IMG/VR virus record: IMGVR_UViG_3300032294_002706
Location: 1 to 64,000 of that record
DNA: 64,000 nt
Reading direction: 5' to 3' (one strand)
Source: a virus
A program made the position numbers and the translations under genes. Every line of letters begins with the position of its first letter. The first letter of the stretch is position 1. This document shows positions 1 to 8,436 of the stretch, in pieces. A model generated the notes under the pieces. It saw only the letters and a program-made list of their open reading frames with translations. It made no database searches and was not told where the DNA came from.

Positions 1-1439
1 CCTGATGTTCCAGAAGAACCGTCAATTCCGTTGACTCCGCTTGATCCAGAAGAGCCTGAAGTTCCAGAAGAACCTGAAGTTCCACTTGATCCAGAAGAGC
101 CTGAAGTTCCAGAAGAACCTGAAGTTCCACTTGATCCAGAAGAGCCTGAAGTTCCAGAAGTACCTCGAGTTCCACTTGATCCAGAAGAGCCTGAAGTTCC
201 AGAAGTACCTCGAGTTCCACTTGATCCAGAAGAGCCTGAAGTTCCAGAAGTACCTCGAGTTCCACTTGATCCTGAAGATCCTGATGTACCTGATGACCCG
301 CTTGATCCAGAAGTTCCACTTGATCCTGAAGAACCTGATGTACCTGATGATCCACTTGTACCACTTGATCCTGAAGAACCTGATGTTCCAGAAGAACCTG
401 AAGAACCGGCCGGTCCGACTTGAGCAAATGTTGTATGTATGTGTGAATATGAATTTGACGATTGAAAATAAACTTCAGCTTGATGTGAAGATGAGTTTCT
501 ATTTCTAGAGATAACTACGACCAAGAATCTATCATACGCTGAAACATCAATTGGATTTTGAATATACATGTTCAATTGAATCACTTGCGAAGTTGTATGG
601 TCATATAGGTACTGTAAATCTGACCCGTTTGCGACTAGGTTAGTCCAAGCCCCGCCGGATGTACCGCCCAATAGGTAAAATCTTAATCCAATATTGTCAA
701 CATCATTATTAGTATCAGCTTTTGCGTAAATGTTCATTTCCCATATACCTGGAGGTATGATATTCGCAGCAATCGTTGCTGACGGTAAATCACTTTTGTA
801 TATTGCAAACTGAACCAACATATAATCAACTGTGTTGGAGTTATTGGTCGAAAATGTAATGGTTGTTTGGGGGTCAGTCAAATCAGGTAGTATAGCTAAT
901 TGAGATACGTCAGTATTGTTGGTTGGAGAAACCGTTTGTGATGATAAGTTATTGAATGTTGTACCGATTGCAGCATTCAATACTGCATTACTAACTTTCG
1001 CGAGAGCTGGAGAATTATCATCGATATAATTCATGTACAGGACATAACCGCCCGCTCCAGCGCCGTCGGCTCCTGAAGTTCCACTTGATCCTGAACTGCC
1101 AGAAGACCCAGAAGTTCCTGAAGAACCTGAGGTTCCGTCACTTCCATCAACTCCACTTATTCCCGATGTTCCTGATGAGCCTGAAGTACCGGTTGAACCT
1201 GAGCTACCTGATGTACCAGTTGTTCCTGACGAACCGGAAGTACCAGTTGTGCCAGAGCTTCCGCTTGTACCTGACGTGCCTGAAGAACCGGACGTGCCTA
1301 AAGTTCCTGAAGTACCAGTTTGTGGAGAATCATTCCATGAAAGATTTCCATTGGAGTCAATTGCTAGAAATCGGGTCTTAGTATTATCCTGGGTGACCCC
1401 GCTGAGGTCGACTTGTTTTATTTTAATTTTATGAGGCAT
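1..1439 (-). CDS. Gly-Ser/Thr collagen-like repeat protein, putative virion fibre; continues past the left edge (partial)
   Basis: Not in the ORF track because there is no stop in the window. Hand translation from ATG at 1439 gives MPHKIKIKQVDLSGVTQDNTKTRFLAIDSNGNLSWNDSPQTGTSGTLGTSGSSG..., and the same frame still reads G-T-S at position 3. Two G-S/T-S tracts (~1-420, ~1060-1320) flank a globular segment. A late-promoter box lies upstream. Confidence 0.85.
   Translation of the reverse strand, partial: MPHKIKIKQVDLSGVTQDNTKTRFLAIDSNGNLSWNDSPQTGTSGTLGTSGSSGTSGTSGSSGTTGTSGSSGTTGTSGSSGSTGTSGSSGTSGISGVDGSDGTSGSSGTSGSSGSSGSSGTSGADGAGAGGYVLYMNYIDDNSPALAKVSNAVLNAAIGTTFNNLSSQTVSPTNNTDVSQLAILPDLTDPQTTITFSTNNSNTVDYMLVQFAIYKSDLPSATIAANIIPPGIWEMNIYAKADTNNDVDNIGLRFYLLGGTSGGAWTNLVANGSDLQYLYDHTTSQVIQLNMYIQNPIDVSAYDRFLVVVISRNRNSSSHQAEVYFQSSNSYSHIHTTFAQVGPAGSSGSSGTSGSSGSSGTSGSSGTSGSSGSSGTSGSSGSSGTSGSSGSSGTRGTSGTSGSSGSSGTRGTSGTSGSSGSSGTRGTSGTSGSSGSSGTSGSSGTSGSSGSSGTSGSSGTSGSSGSSGVNGIDGSSGTS
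40..264. repeat. 45-bp tandem repeat (5 near-identical copies) within a longer degenerate 9-bp repeat tract encoding (G-S/T-S)n
   Basis: Unit CTTGATCCAGAAGAGCCTGAAGTTCCAGAAGAACCTGAAGTTCCA starts at 40 and 85; a variant with GTACCTCGAG starts at 130, 175 and 220. Confidence 0.9.
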
Positions 1440-1466
1440 TCAACTGGACTTGCATTTTTCTACTAG

Positions 1467-1480
1467 AGTTATTTATCAAC
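1467..1480 (-). promoter_or_regulatory. Putative late promoter (GTTGATAAATAACT)
   Basis: Identical 14-mer also at 4897-4910 and 49967-49980, each upstream of a structural-type gene. Resembles the T4 late promoter TATAAATA; a gp55-like sigma factor is in the window. Confidence 0.75.
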
Positions 1481-1498
1481 CCTAAGCCTAGAAACGAG

Positions 1499-2455
1499 TT
1501 AGCCTCTTTTTTCTCGAGCATATAAAATTGCTTCAACATATTTAGCGGAAGCCGTATCAGGTTTAACAAAACTTAGATCTGCATCAAATGGGCTTGAATC
1601 CCTAAAGTCCGCTTTATAGAATAGCTCAGTAGATCGATCGCCGGTTACTCCAGCATTGTGCATGATGTTACAGCGAGTGTAATCCGAAATTGATGAAGTT
1701 CCCCAGCTAAAATCCAAGTCCGGAGTGACTATTGTTTGAGCTCCCATCTTCCATGCACCCCAAAGAACTGACCACATGTCAGCACACCATTTTTGAACTG
1801 GATTATAGGTTTTCAATTCTTCGGCAGATAAAGTTTTACGTTCCTCATTCTCACGATCTGACATGTACTTGTATAGTAATAATGAGTCTTCCTTGACCTC
1901 TTGCCAGAAATCAGCAGTAACTCCTTTCATTAGATATTGTGCACCTCCTGAGCCTTCCTCGTTCTTATCAACCGTCTCTGGTGGAATTTTTGATAGACTA
2001 CATAGGTCTAGAAAAAGATCATCAGATTTGCTCTTTATGTAGTTCGCACCAATATAGGAAATTGTATCGCTTAGGTACCAATACATATCACTATGCATTG
2101 AATCAAAATCCGGAAGCTGTCTAAAGATAATATCCGAATCATGATAGAAAATAGTTTCACCACGAAGTTCTGGGAATCGTCTAAAGTGTTGTTCTAGAAT
2201 ATCAGGTCTGAGAATTGGAATGTAACCGAAATTATCTTTTACTGTTTTTTCATAGAAAAAAAACCTAACGGTTGGATATTTAGTAGCAAGAGCAAGGCCC
2301 TCGTATGATGGATTACCTGAATAGGCCCAAAGAATTTCAATCCAATTTGGATTAATTCCAAGCTTGATAAAATTATGGATTAGTACTTCAACTTGCCAAT
2401 GAAAGTACGGATGGTCCGGTTGAGCGGACATGAAAATAGTCTTCTTAGTTAACAT
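1499..2455 (-). CDS. GT-A fold glycosyltransferase resembling plant peptidyl-serine O-galactosyltransferase / hydroxyproline O-arabinosyltransferase (GT96/GT95-like)
   Basis: 318 aa; DxD motif (YHDSDIIF). N-terminal YFHWQVEVLIHNF and C-terminal KWCADMWSVLWGA resemble the YFDWQ and W-x-x-EMY blocks of SGT1/HPAT as recalled; late HNAG His motif. Confidence 0.7.
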   Translation of the reverse strand: MLTKKTIFMSAQPDHPYFHWQVEVLIHNFIKLGINPNWIEILWAYSGNPSYEGLALATKYPTVRFFFYEKTVKDNFGYIPILRPDILEQHFRRFPELRGETIFYHDSDIIFRQLPDFDSMHSDMYWYLSDTISYIGANYIKSKSDDLFLDLCSLSKIPPETVDKNEEGSGGAQYLMKGVTADFWQEVKEDSLLLYKYMSDRENEERKTLSAEELKTYNPVQKWCADMWSVLWGAWKMGAQTIVTPDLDFSWGTSSISDYTRCNIMHNAGVTGDRSTELFYKADFRDSSPFDADLSFVKPDTASAKYVEAILYAREKRG

Positions 2456-2460
2456 ACTAA

Positions 2461-2487
2461 ATTATACTAAGAAAGGGGCTGGAGTTT
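2461..2487 (-). promoter_or_regulatory. Putative early/middle promoter AAAC-N16-GTATAAT; possibly a leaderless transcript
   Basis: Minus strand reads AAAC TCCAGCCCCTTTCTTA GTATAAT TTAGT ATG; only 5 nt separate TATAAT from the start codon. Confidence 0.65.
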
Positions 2488-2495
2488 AATCGTTT

Positions 2496-4871
2496 TTATT
2501 GATTTGAGGCTTCGCATGCATCACATGTAATATACGCTCCGTTTATCGGTGGAATCCAGTTGGTAATTGGGTTAGTTGCAACACCTGTCACTGTGTAACA
2601 ACCTGGTGAGTAACCATCGTTCAATCCGCTAAAGTAATACGAGCGGCCTAATATCGGACTAAATCCAGACGTTGCAAAATCAACAGATAGAGTTATTTCA
2701 GGATTTGCACAATTCGCTAGATCAACTTGATCCCCTAATTCAGCGGTCGTCGTAGTAGTCGTTGTATCTCCAAGCACGGTCGTCGTAGTCGTCGTAGGAG
2801 CTGCCGTTGTCGTAGTCGTCGTTGGAGCGATCGTTGTTGTAGTGGTTGTTACTCCATAGCTTGCACAGTTAATTTGAGTAAGAATTTGATTATCGTAATT
2901 AAATTCATAACAGAATTCGCAAACTCCACCGTTTATCACAATTTTAAACTGAATATTTTGAGTTATTCCAGTTACATTGTATGTATCAGGCGTTGAACCA
3001 GCAAAGACCAGGGTATTATCTACCGCAAGTTCGTAAGGAACTCCAGCTGGGCCGGAAATTCCTACTTTTACGTGATCGTAGCTCATAATCGCCGTAGTTA
3101 TTGTAAATAAACTACAGTAATTTGTGGTCGTCGTGGTAGTTGCAGCGGTTGTCGTGGTGGTCGTGGTTGGAGCTACCGTCGTCGTAGTCGTAGTAGGGGT
3201 AGCTATTGTCGTCGTGGTCGTTGTTGGTGCGGCTGTCGTTGTGCTAGTAGTAGATGTGCTAGTAGTCGTTGCAACCGTAGTAGTCGTGGTTGTTGTTGCT
3301 CCAGCTACAACGCTAACTGAGTATTGACAACCGCTCAACGTCGTGAATACATAAGTTCCATATACTGAACTTATTCCAGCGCTCGCGTATTCAGTATCAA
3401 GACGATTGAATATCCATGATAGGCTAATATTTACTCCATGTAATGCAGTTAGATCATAGCTTCCTCCGGCAGTCGGATAGAAAGTTACTGTGTATGGACC
3501 GCTAGGTGTTCCAACGAAGTTTACAATATTTGCATTTATCGCATTAGCAACAATTGAACCAGGAGAACATGTTGTTGTAGTTGTTGTCGGTGCAATGGTC
3601 GTTGTTAAAACTGGAGTTAACGTGGTTGTTGATGTGGTTGTTGTTACAACCAACGGAATCAAAAAGAAAGGACTAAATGATGATACTTGTGCGTATATTT
3701 TTTTGGTTGAATAGTTTGGAGCATAAGGTCCAACTAATACCGTTTCATCAACATAAATTCCACCGACTTCGTGAAATATTCTAACTGCATTAAACGCGGA
3801 AAGGCTTATTGATTGAGGTAGCGTAAATCCAATTATTGCGCCAATCGCCAATGGAGTTGTGATATCGTATGCAAGCAAAGTATTCGTTAAGTAATAACCG
3901 GCAGGCAAGCTTGCACCTGGTGGATTTACGGTAGGTACTGGAACTTGACACACGGTAATTGGTGAACTTGCGGTAACTGCCGTATCTAAAATAGTAGTCA
4001 CGCCATATTGCGGGAACTGCAATGTATCATTCCCAGCAGTTATTATATTGGTTAAGCAACTAATTCCAGCCGCTCCGCAATACGGATCAGCTGATGAATA
4101 TATTAAAGTAACTAGGTCATTTGCATCAAGTCCATAACCAGCAACTGACGTATTCCAATAAAGCTCATCGGTCGAATCGACCAATGAATAATTAGAAGCA
4201 GTTACTCCATTGTCCTTGCTAAAATACGCTGGTGCTAAGTTGTCTCCATTTCCAACGATTATTTGTTGGCCATTCACAAAAAGTAGGTATTCGCTAGTCG
4301 ATAATGGAGCAGGCATTGGTAATAGCCCATCCGACACCAGAGCACCGTCTCCAGTAATAACGTTTGGAACAGCAGATCGTGTGATTGCTGCTCTACATGA
4401 ACCGCCGCCTCCACCTGAAAGTAGAGTCCAACCGGTTGAAACTAAGTATCCGTAAAATCCTTCAACTCTGCCGCTTTGTGCTGTGATGTAAACGATTTCT
4501 CCCGGAATTCCAGTTGGAGGTAAAATTCCATAAACCTTTAGTCTTAATCTTTTTCCCTCTAGTACATCTTCAACAACAACGTTCTTGGCAGTGACTGCTC
4601 CAGTCGGATACAGTTTTATCACTTCCGGATAACTGCCGCCGGCTTGTTGAGCACCGTAAACCGTTAAACCTTGTCTAAGTTTAATCGTGTCCGCTGTGAT
4701 TCCATGAATGTCAACAGTCACGCCAGCCGTCTGGTCGTAGTTTATTGAAGTTAAAAATTCATCGAGTGCTGTCTTTAATGTGTTAAAATTAAGATTAGAC
4801 AGGTCTACTACTGAGCTTAAGCTCGTCCCGTTGATTGATTTTATACTTGAAATTTTTACTTTTACTGACAT
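2496..4871 (-). CDS. Mucin-like Thr-rich putative virion protein
   Basis: 791 aa with three poly-Thr tracts (e.g. TTTTTTVAPTTTTTTTAATTTTTT) separating small Cys-containing beta-rich segments. N-terminal LNFNTL motif resembles that of the neighbouring fibre; late-promoter box upstream. Confidence 0.75.
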   Translation of the reverse strand: MSVKVKISSIKSINGTSLSSVVDLSNLNFNTLKTALDEFLTSINYDQTAGVTVDIHGITADTIKLRQGLTVYGAQQAGGSYPEVIKLYPTGAVTAKNVVVEDVLEGKRLRLKVYGILPPTGIPGEIVYITAQSGRVEGFYGYLVSTGWTLLSGGGGGSCRAAITRSAVPNVITGDGALVSDGLLPMPAPLSTSEYLLFVNGQQIIVGNGDNLAPAYFSKDNGVTASNYSLVDSTDELYWNTSVAGYGLDANDLVTLIYSSADPYCGAAGISCLTNIITAGNDTLQFPQYGVTTILDTAVTASSPITVCQVPVPTVNPPGASLPAGYYLTNTLLAYDITTPLAIGAIIGFTLPQSISLSAFNAVRIFHEVGGIYVDETVLVGPYAPNYSTKKIYAQVSSFSPFFLIPLVVTTTTSTTTLTPVLTTTIAPTTTTTTCSPGSIVANAINANIVNFVGTPSGPYTVTFYPTAGGSYDLTALHGVNISLSWIFNRLDTEYASAGISSVYGTYVFTTLSGCQYSVSVVAGATTTTTTTVATTTSTSTTSTTTAAPTTTTTTIATPTTTTTTVAPTTTTTTTAATTTTTTNYCSLFTITTAIMSYDHVKVGISGPAGVPYELAVDNTLVFAGSTPDTYNVTGITQNIQFKIVINGGVCEFCYEFNYDNQILTQINCASYGVTTTTTTIAPTTTTTTAAPTTTTTTVLGDTTTTTTTAELGDQVDLANCANPEITLSVDFATSGFSPILGRSYYFSGLNDGYSPGCYTVTGVATNPITNWIPPINGAYITCDACEASNQ

Positions 4872-4896
4872 GCAGAGTTACTGTGTTTGGGCTTTT

Positions 4897-4910
4897 AGTT
4901 ATTTATCAAC
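4897..4910 (-). promoter_or_regulatory. Putative late promoter (GTTGATAAATAACT)
   Basis: Exact copy of the 14-mer at 1467-1480, about 25 nt upstream of the ATG at 4871. Confidence 0.75.
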
Positions 4911-4926
4911 TTTGAGTACCCCATCA

Positions 4927-6279
4927 TTATTTTAGGAGTCTCTTACTGCCCTTTGCAGTGCCGGCAATAATCTCTGTTTTATTATCAACTTCTGAGTCTA
5001 GCGCAATTACGCCAGATCTCACAATGCACTCATTTAGATTGGCATAAATGATACTATCCGGAGAACAGTTAATGTAGCTTAAGTCAATTCGGTTTGCGCC
5101 GCCTCTCTCAAATAGGCAATCGTCTAGGTGAGAATATCGGATATCATTATCGGTTAGGATTCGACATTCTGCAATTCTAGAAGATCTAACTTTGCAGCTA
5201 TGTAACATGCAATGAGACAGTTCAGCCTCAATTGAACAATTAATAAAATCTAAATCGTGGAGCGAGAATCCCTCCTTAATGATCGAGTCCTTGACCTGCA
5301 CTCTTTTTGAGTCAGTGTCGTAATTCAATTTGCCCTTTTTCATTTTACCGAAGGTTATTAGGTCAAATAGACTTTCTCTTAAGTTATTATAGTTAGACTC
5401 AACTATTCTAGGATCGTCCTTTAGGTCGATGTAAAGCTCAATATCTGGAAAATTCTTTATGAAATTTTCATAAGTTTTTAGGGCCAACGTATTGTGCCTT
5501 TGTAGCTTAATAACGTCATTGATCTTTTTCTGGTCTTCGATTGAATAGGTGGTATTTGAGGTTAGGGTCTCATATAACTTCTCAGACATGTAATTTATTA
5601 GATTCGTTGCATCAGCTCTACGCGTTTGGTATTCAGGTCCACCGGCATACCTAATCTCAAGATAACCCTCTCTTAACTTTTCAAAGTTTAGGCCAAAGTA
5701 CTTAGATTGAGGAAAGGCAAAGTCCATTGGATTTCCAGGTTTTGCATAAGGTAATGCGTTCTCGGCAACGAATTTATCTTTTGGATAGATGTTACTAACT
5801 GAGTTTTTATAAATTCTCTGAATTCTAGATTTTGCAGTAGGCCACATTTCAAATATCTTTTCCTCGTTAAGAGAAAGGATACACTTGAAAACATTTAGAT
5901 TCTCAAGTCTTTCAGTTAGACCCATATCAAATTCATTAAATGACAAGTTAATGTGAAGTCCAGTACGGTCGGTTGTGAATCCATTCTCATCGATAAAATT
6001 CATCACCTTGTACATGATATGAATTGCTTCAGAATAGGGCATTACTCCAGTTACAAGTTCATTCATTTTGAATCCACCTGAAAAGTCAGCTTCAAGTTTG
6101 AATTGGTCTCTTGACACTGGCAGGTCTGATCGATATTCGTCAGTCCATGTGATATCCTTATTGAGTGCAGTTTTTAATTTCTCTGCAAGCTCTTCTCTTG
6201 GAATCGGCGAAAAAAATTCGAACTCGAATCCTAAGTTAACATTGTCGAAGATTTTTGATTTGGTTAAGTCTTTGTACAT
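4927..6279 (-). CDS. Putative amidoligase (COOH-NH2 ligase / Amidoligase_2-like) with C-terminal beta-helix-like repeat region
   Basis: GFEFE, NELVT, TGLHINLS, KYFGLN and LEIRYAGG motifs in the order typical of phage amidoligase-like proteins; C-terminal Cys/Ile short repeats. Confidence 0.7.
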   Translation of the reverse strand: MYKDLTKSKIFDNVNLGFEFEFFSPIPREELAEKLKTALNKDITWTDEYRSDLPVSRDQFKLEADFSGGFKMNELVTGVMPYSEAIHIMYKVMNFIDENGFTTDRTGLHINLSFNEFDMGLTERLENLNVFKCILSLNEEKIFEMWPTAKSRIQRIYKNSVSNIYPKDKFVAENALPYAKPGNPMDFAFPQSKYFGLNFEKLREGYLEIRYAGGPEYQTRRADATNLINYMSEKLYETLTSNTTYSIEDQKKINDVIKLQRHNTLALKTYENFIKNFPDIELYIDLKDDPRIVESNYNNLRESLFDLITFGKMKKGKLNYDTDSKRVQVKDSIIKEGFSLHDLDFINCSIEAELSHCMLHSCKVRSSRIAECRILTDNDIRYSHLDDCLFERGGANRIDLSYINCSPDSIIYANLNECIVRSGVIALDSEVDNKTEIIAGTAKGSKRLLK

Positions 6280-6283
6280 AATA

Positions 6284-8356
6284 TTATTTGTTTATTGAAA
6301 TGAATGGTACGTTTAATCTTGGTCTAGCATTGTCAATTATTTCAAGCAGAGATTCGTCTCTAACAAAGAGTTGACTCACTATGAATTCATGATCCTCTTC
6401 CTGAACCATTGTGTTGAATAGTCGTATATTTGCAATTGAGTAATTGGCACTAGGTAGGGTCCAATTTTCGGTTGTCTCAAAAGAAAATTGACCAGTCTTC
6501 ACCGAATTTGAATAGACGCTAATTAATCTATTAAAGTTTTTCACGTTTGCCGGATCTTGCCAAAATGAGTAAAAGTTAACTTCAAGTTGACCGTATTGAG
6601 CGGATACTGGAATTATTATTGAATACCACTTGTCATAGTTTAGAGTTCCAACCGGAAATGTGTGATTTGTTCCGTTGATATTAACGTAGGTAGTTACAGT
6701 TGCAGTTAATCCGTCAATGTCAACTAGATTACAGGTAATTGTCATTCCCTTTTCTTGAAAATTATCGAATCCATCGATTAGCTTTATTGATTGGGTGCCT
6801 TTGTTAAATTTGACTAGTGCACTAAAAGTCATGTTTGGAGTATTAACAGTAGATGCAACTGCTTTATAAACTACCGCATTCTCTGACTGCTTGAATTGAA
6901 AAACTCCAGCTGAAAATTCGGTAATGTCTCTACGCTCGCTTGGGTTAAGTCCTAAATTCTTGTAACCTTCAACCGCCACATATTTTCCAGTAGCTGGGTT
7001 ATAGGAATCCTTAGGCCCATTCATTTTAATTGGCAAAAGTTTGCCTGAACTACTTATGGTAGAATCTCCAGTATTCAATTTTCTAGCGGTCCATGCTGTG
7101 TAAATTTCGCTATCTTGATACGCATATAATGTGTAAGGTTGACTAGGCGTGAGCTCCTGATCTGAGCTTGTTCCATTCGATACTACATTATAACTAATAA
7201 TTGCAGGTTTAACTCCACTCATATCATAATAGTACTCAATCAAAGGCGCATAGTTAAATGTGTAATCTAAAATCTTATTGCTTAGATCCGGATGAATTGA
7301 TCTGCGAGTTTCATCGAATTTATGAGATATTGTCTTGTATTGTTTCTTATCAAGAGCGTCCTTCTTTTGAACCTCGGCAGGTTTACCAAATAATTCATCG
7401 CTTGACATGATGATGTTATCTAGGAATCGACGATCCTCAGTTTTCATTAACATATCAATGTTTGGACTGAATTTAGTCAATTGTATTTTCCAATAGAGCG
7501 GCTCCATCATGAATCCTCTAAATAGGTAAGATCCTTGAATCTCGTACATTCTATTGGTTAATGGAAAGTACATGTAGTCTCTTTTGCGAGGCTGTGTATC
7601 CGGTCCAAATATTGACTGAAAGTATATGTGATCAATATGAATCTCAAATGGAATTTCAAAATCAACTCCAAACTCCGTAAAGTTAGGCTTGTTATCTGGA
7701 AAAGTATTATTGGGTACGACGACCTTAACGCATTTGCGATCAGTTGTTTTGAAAAGAGTCCATTCCTTAAATATGAAATCTCCACCGTCTCTATCCGGCT
7801 CAGTTTTAAAGTAGACGACTTCATGTCCAAATAGCTTATTGGTTTGTAGGCTAAGTTCCTTTGCAATACCGATTGCGGTACCAACCTCATACGGCTTGAA
7901 ACTTGCCTCTCTTTCAGCAATAATTGCTGGACATCTTTCGGTTGAACAATAAACGGTTGGCGTGAATAGTGATTCAGCAACGTAAGTACTGTTTAGCCGA
8001 AATTTAACAGAATTGACAGTTAGGGGTGTTGTAATTTGATTATAAGTAGTATCATCATACTCGTACTTTACTTCTAAAAAGACTGGTGCATCTCCGAAAG
8101 TTAGAACAGAAAGTTCGCTTAGATCAGCTGGTGAGAATGGATACCATAGTGACCAATTTCCACGGTCAGAAGAGTATCTCATTTTACGAATGATATTTGA
8201 TGAACTTGCACTACCTAGGTCAAGGTCTTCGTCAAAGCCAACGATATTGAGTGCACCAGGTACAGGTTCTCCAGTAGAAAAAATTCTGTAATTCTTACTG
8301 TAGGTGATGGTGTTTTTCGGAGGCTCCGGAATTACCTTGTAGGTGATTACTTGCAT
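6284..8356 (-). CDS. Neck / head-completion protein (T4 gp14-like core) with extra N- and C-terminal domains
   Basis: FGHEVVYF...FGVD...PRKRDYMYFPLTNRMYEI resembles gp14 (P-x-x-GDLIYFP...FEI). The C-terminus looks like a LamG-like beta-sandwich. Confidence 0.65.
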   Translation of the reverse strand: MQVITYKVIPEPPKNTITYSKNYRIFSTGEPVPGALNIVGFDEDLDLGSASSSNIIRKMRYSSDRGNWSLWYPFSPADLSELSVLTFGDAPVFLEVKYEYDDTTYNQITTPLTVNSVKFRLNSTYVAESLFTPTVYCSTERCPAIIAEREASFKPYEVGTAIGIAKELSLQTNKLFGHEVVYFKTEPDRDGGDFIFKEWTLFKTTDRKCVKVVVPNNTFPDNKPNFTEFGVDFEIPFEIHIDHIYFQSIFGPDTQPRKRDYMYFPLTNRMYEIQGSYLFRGFMMEPLYWKIQLTKFSPNIDMLMKTEDRRFLDNIIMSSDELFGKPAEVQKKDALDKKQYKTISHKFDETRRSIHPDLSNKILDYTFNYAPLIEYYYDMSGVKPAIISYNVVSNGTSSDQELTPSQPYTLYAYQDSEIYTAWTARKLNTGDSTISSSGKLLPIKMNGPKDSYNPATGKYVAVEGYKNLGLNPSERRDITEFSAGVFQFKQSENAVVYKAVASTVNTPNMTFSALVKFNKGTQSIKLIDGFDNFQEKGMTITCNLVDIDGLTATVTTYVNINGTNHTFPVGTLNYDKWYSIIIPVSAQYGQLEVNFYSFWQDPANVKNFNRLISVYSNSVKTGQFSFETTENWTLPSANYSIANIRLFNTMVQEEDHEFIVSQLFVRDESLLEIIDNARPRLNVPFISINK

Positions 8357-8372
8357 TAAAAAAATCCTTTTT

Positions 8373-8385
8373 GTTATTTATCGCA
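8373..8385 (-). promoter_or_regulatory. Putative late promoter (TGCGATAAATAAC)
   Basis: GATAAATAAC core about 16 nt upstream of the neck gene; TGCGATAAATAA recurs at 49909-49920. Confidence 0.65.
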
Positions 8386-8408
8386 GCGGATTCAGGTTTT
8401 AGCCGTCA

Positions 8409-8417
8409 AATAAATAA
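8409..8417 (+). promoter_or_regulatory. Putative late promoter (AATAAATAA), divergent from the box at 8373
   Basis: ATAAATA core about 20 nt upstream of ATG 8437. Confidence 0.45.
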
Positions 8418-8436
8418 TAAGAAAATCGGGGTATCA

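Noticed and set aside
40-420. Tandem repeat as a CRISPR array
   Set aside because: No unique spacers; units are multiples of 9 bp and in frame with a coding sequence.
31-1434. Plus-strand ORFs 31-423, 41-508, 1085-1381 and 1249-1434 (PEEPE / LKFQK repeats)
   Set aside because: Antisense shadows of the minus-strand Gly-Ser/Thr repeat gene, which has a start codon, a promoter box and a continuous frame.
3124-3714. Poly-Val plus-strand ORFs resembling membrane proteins
   Set aside because: Antisense of the poly-Thr codons in 2496-4871.
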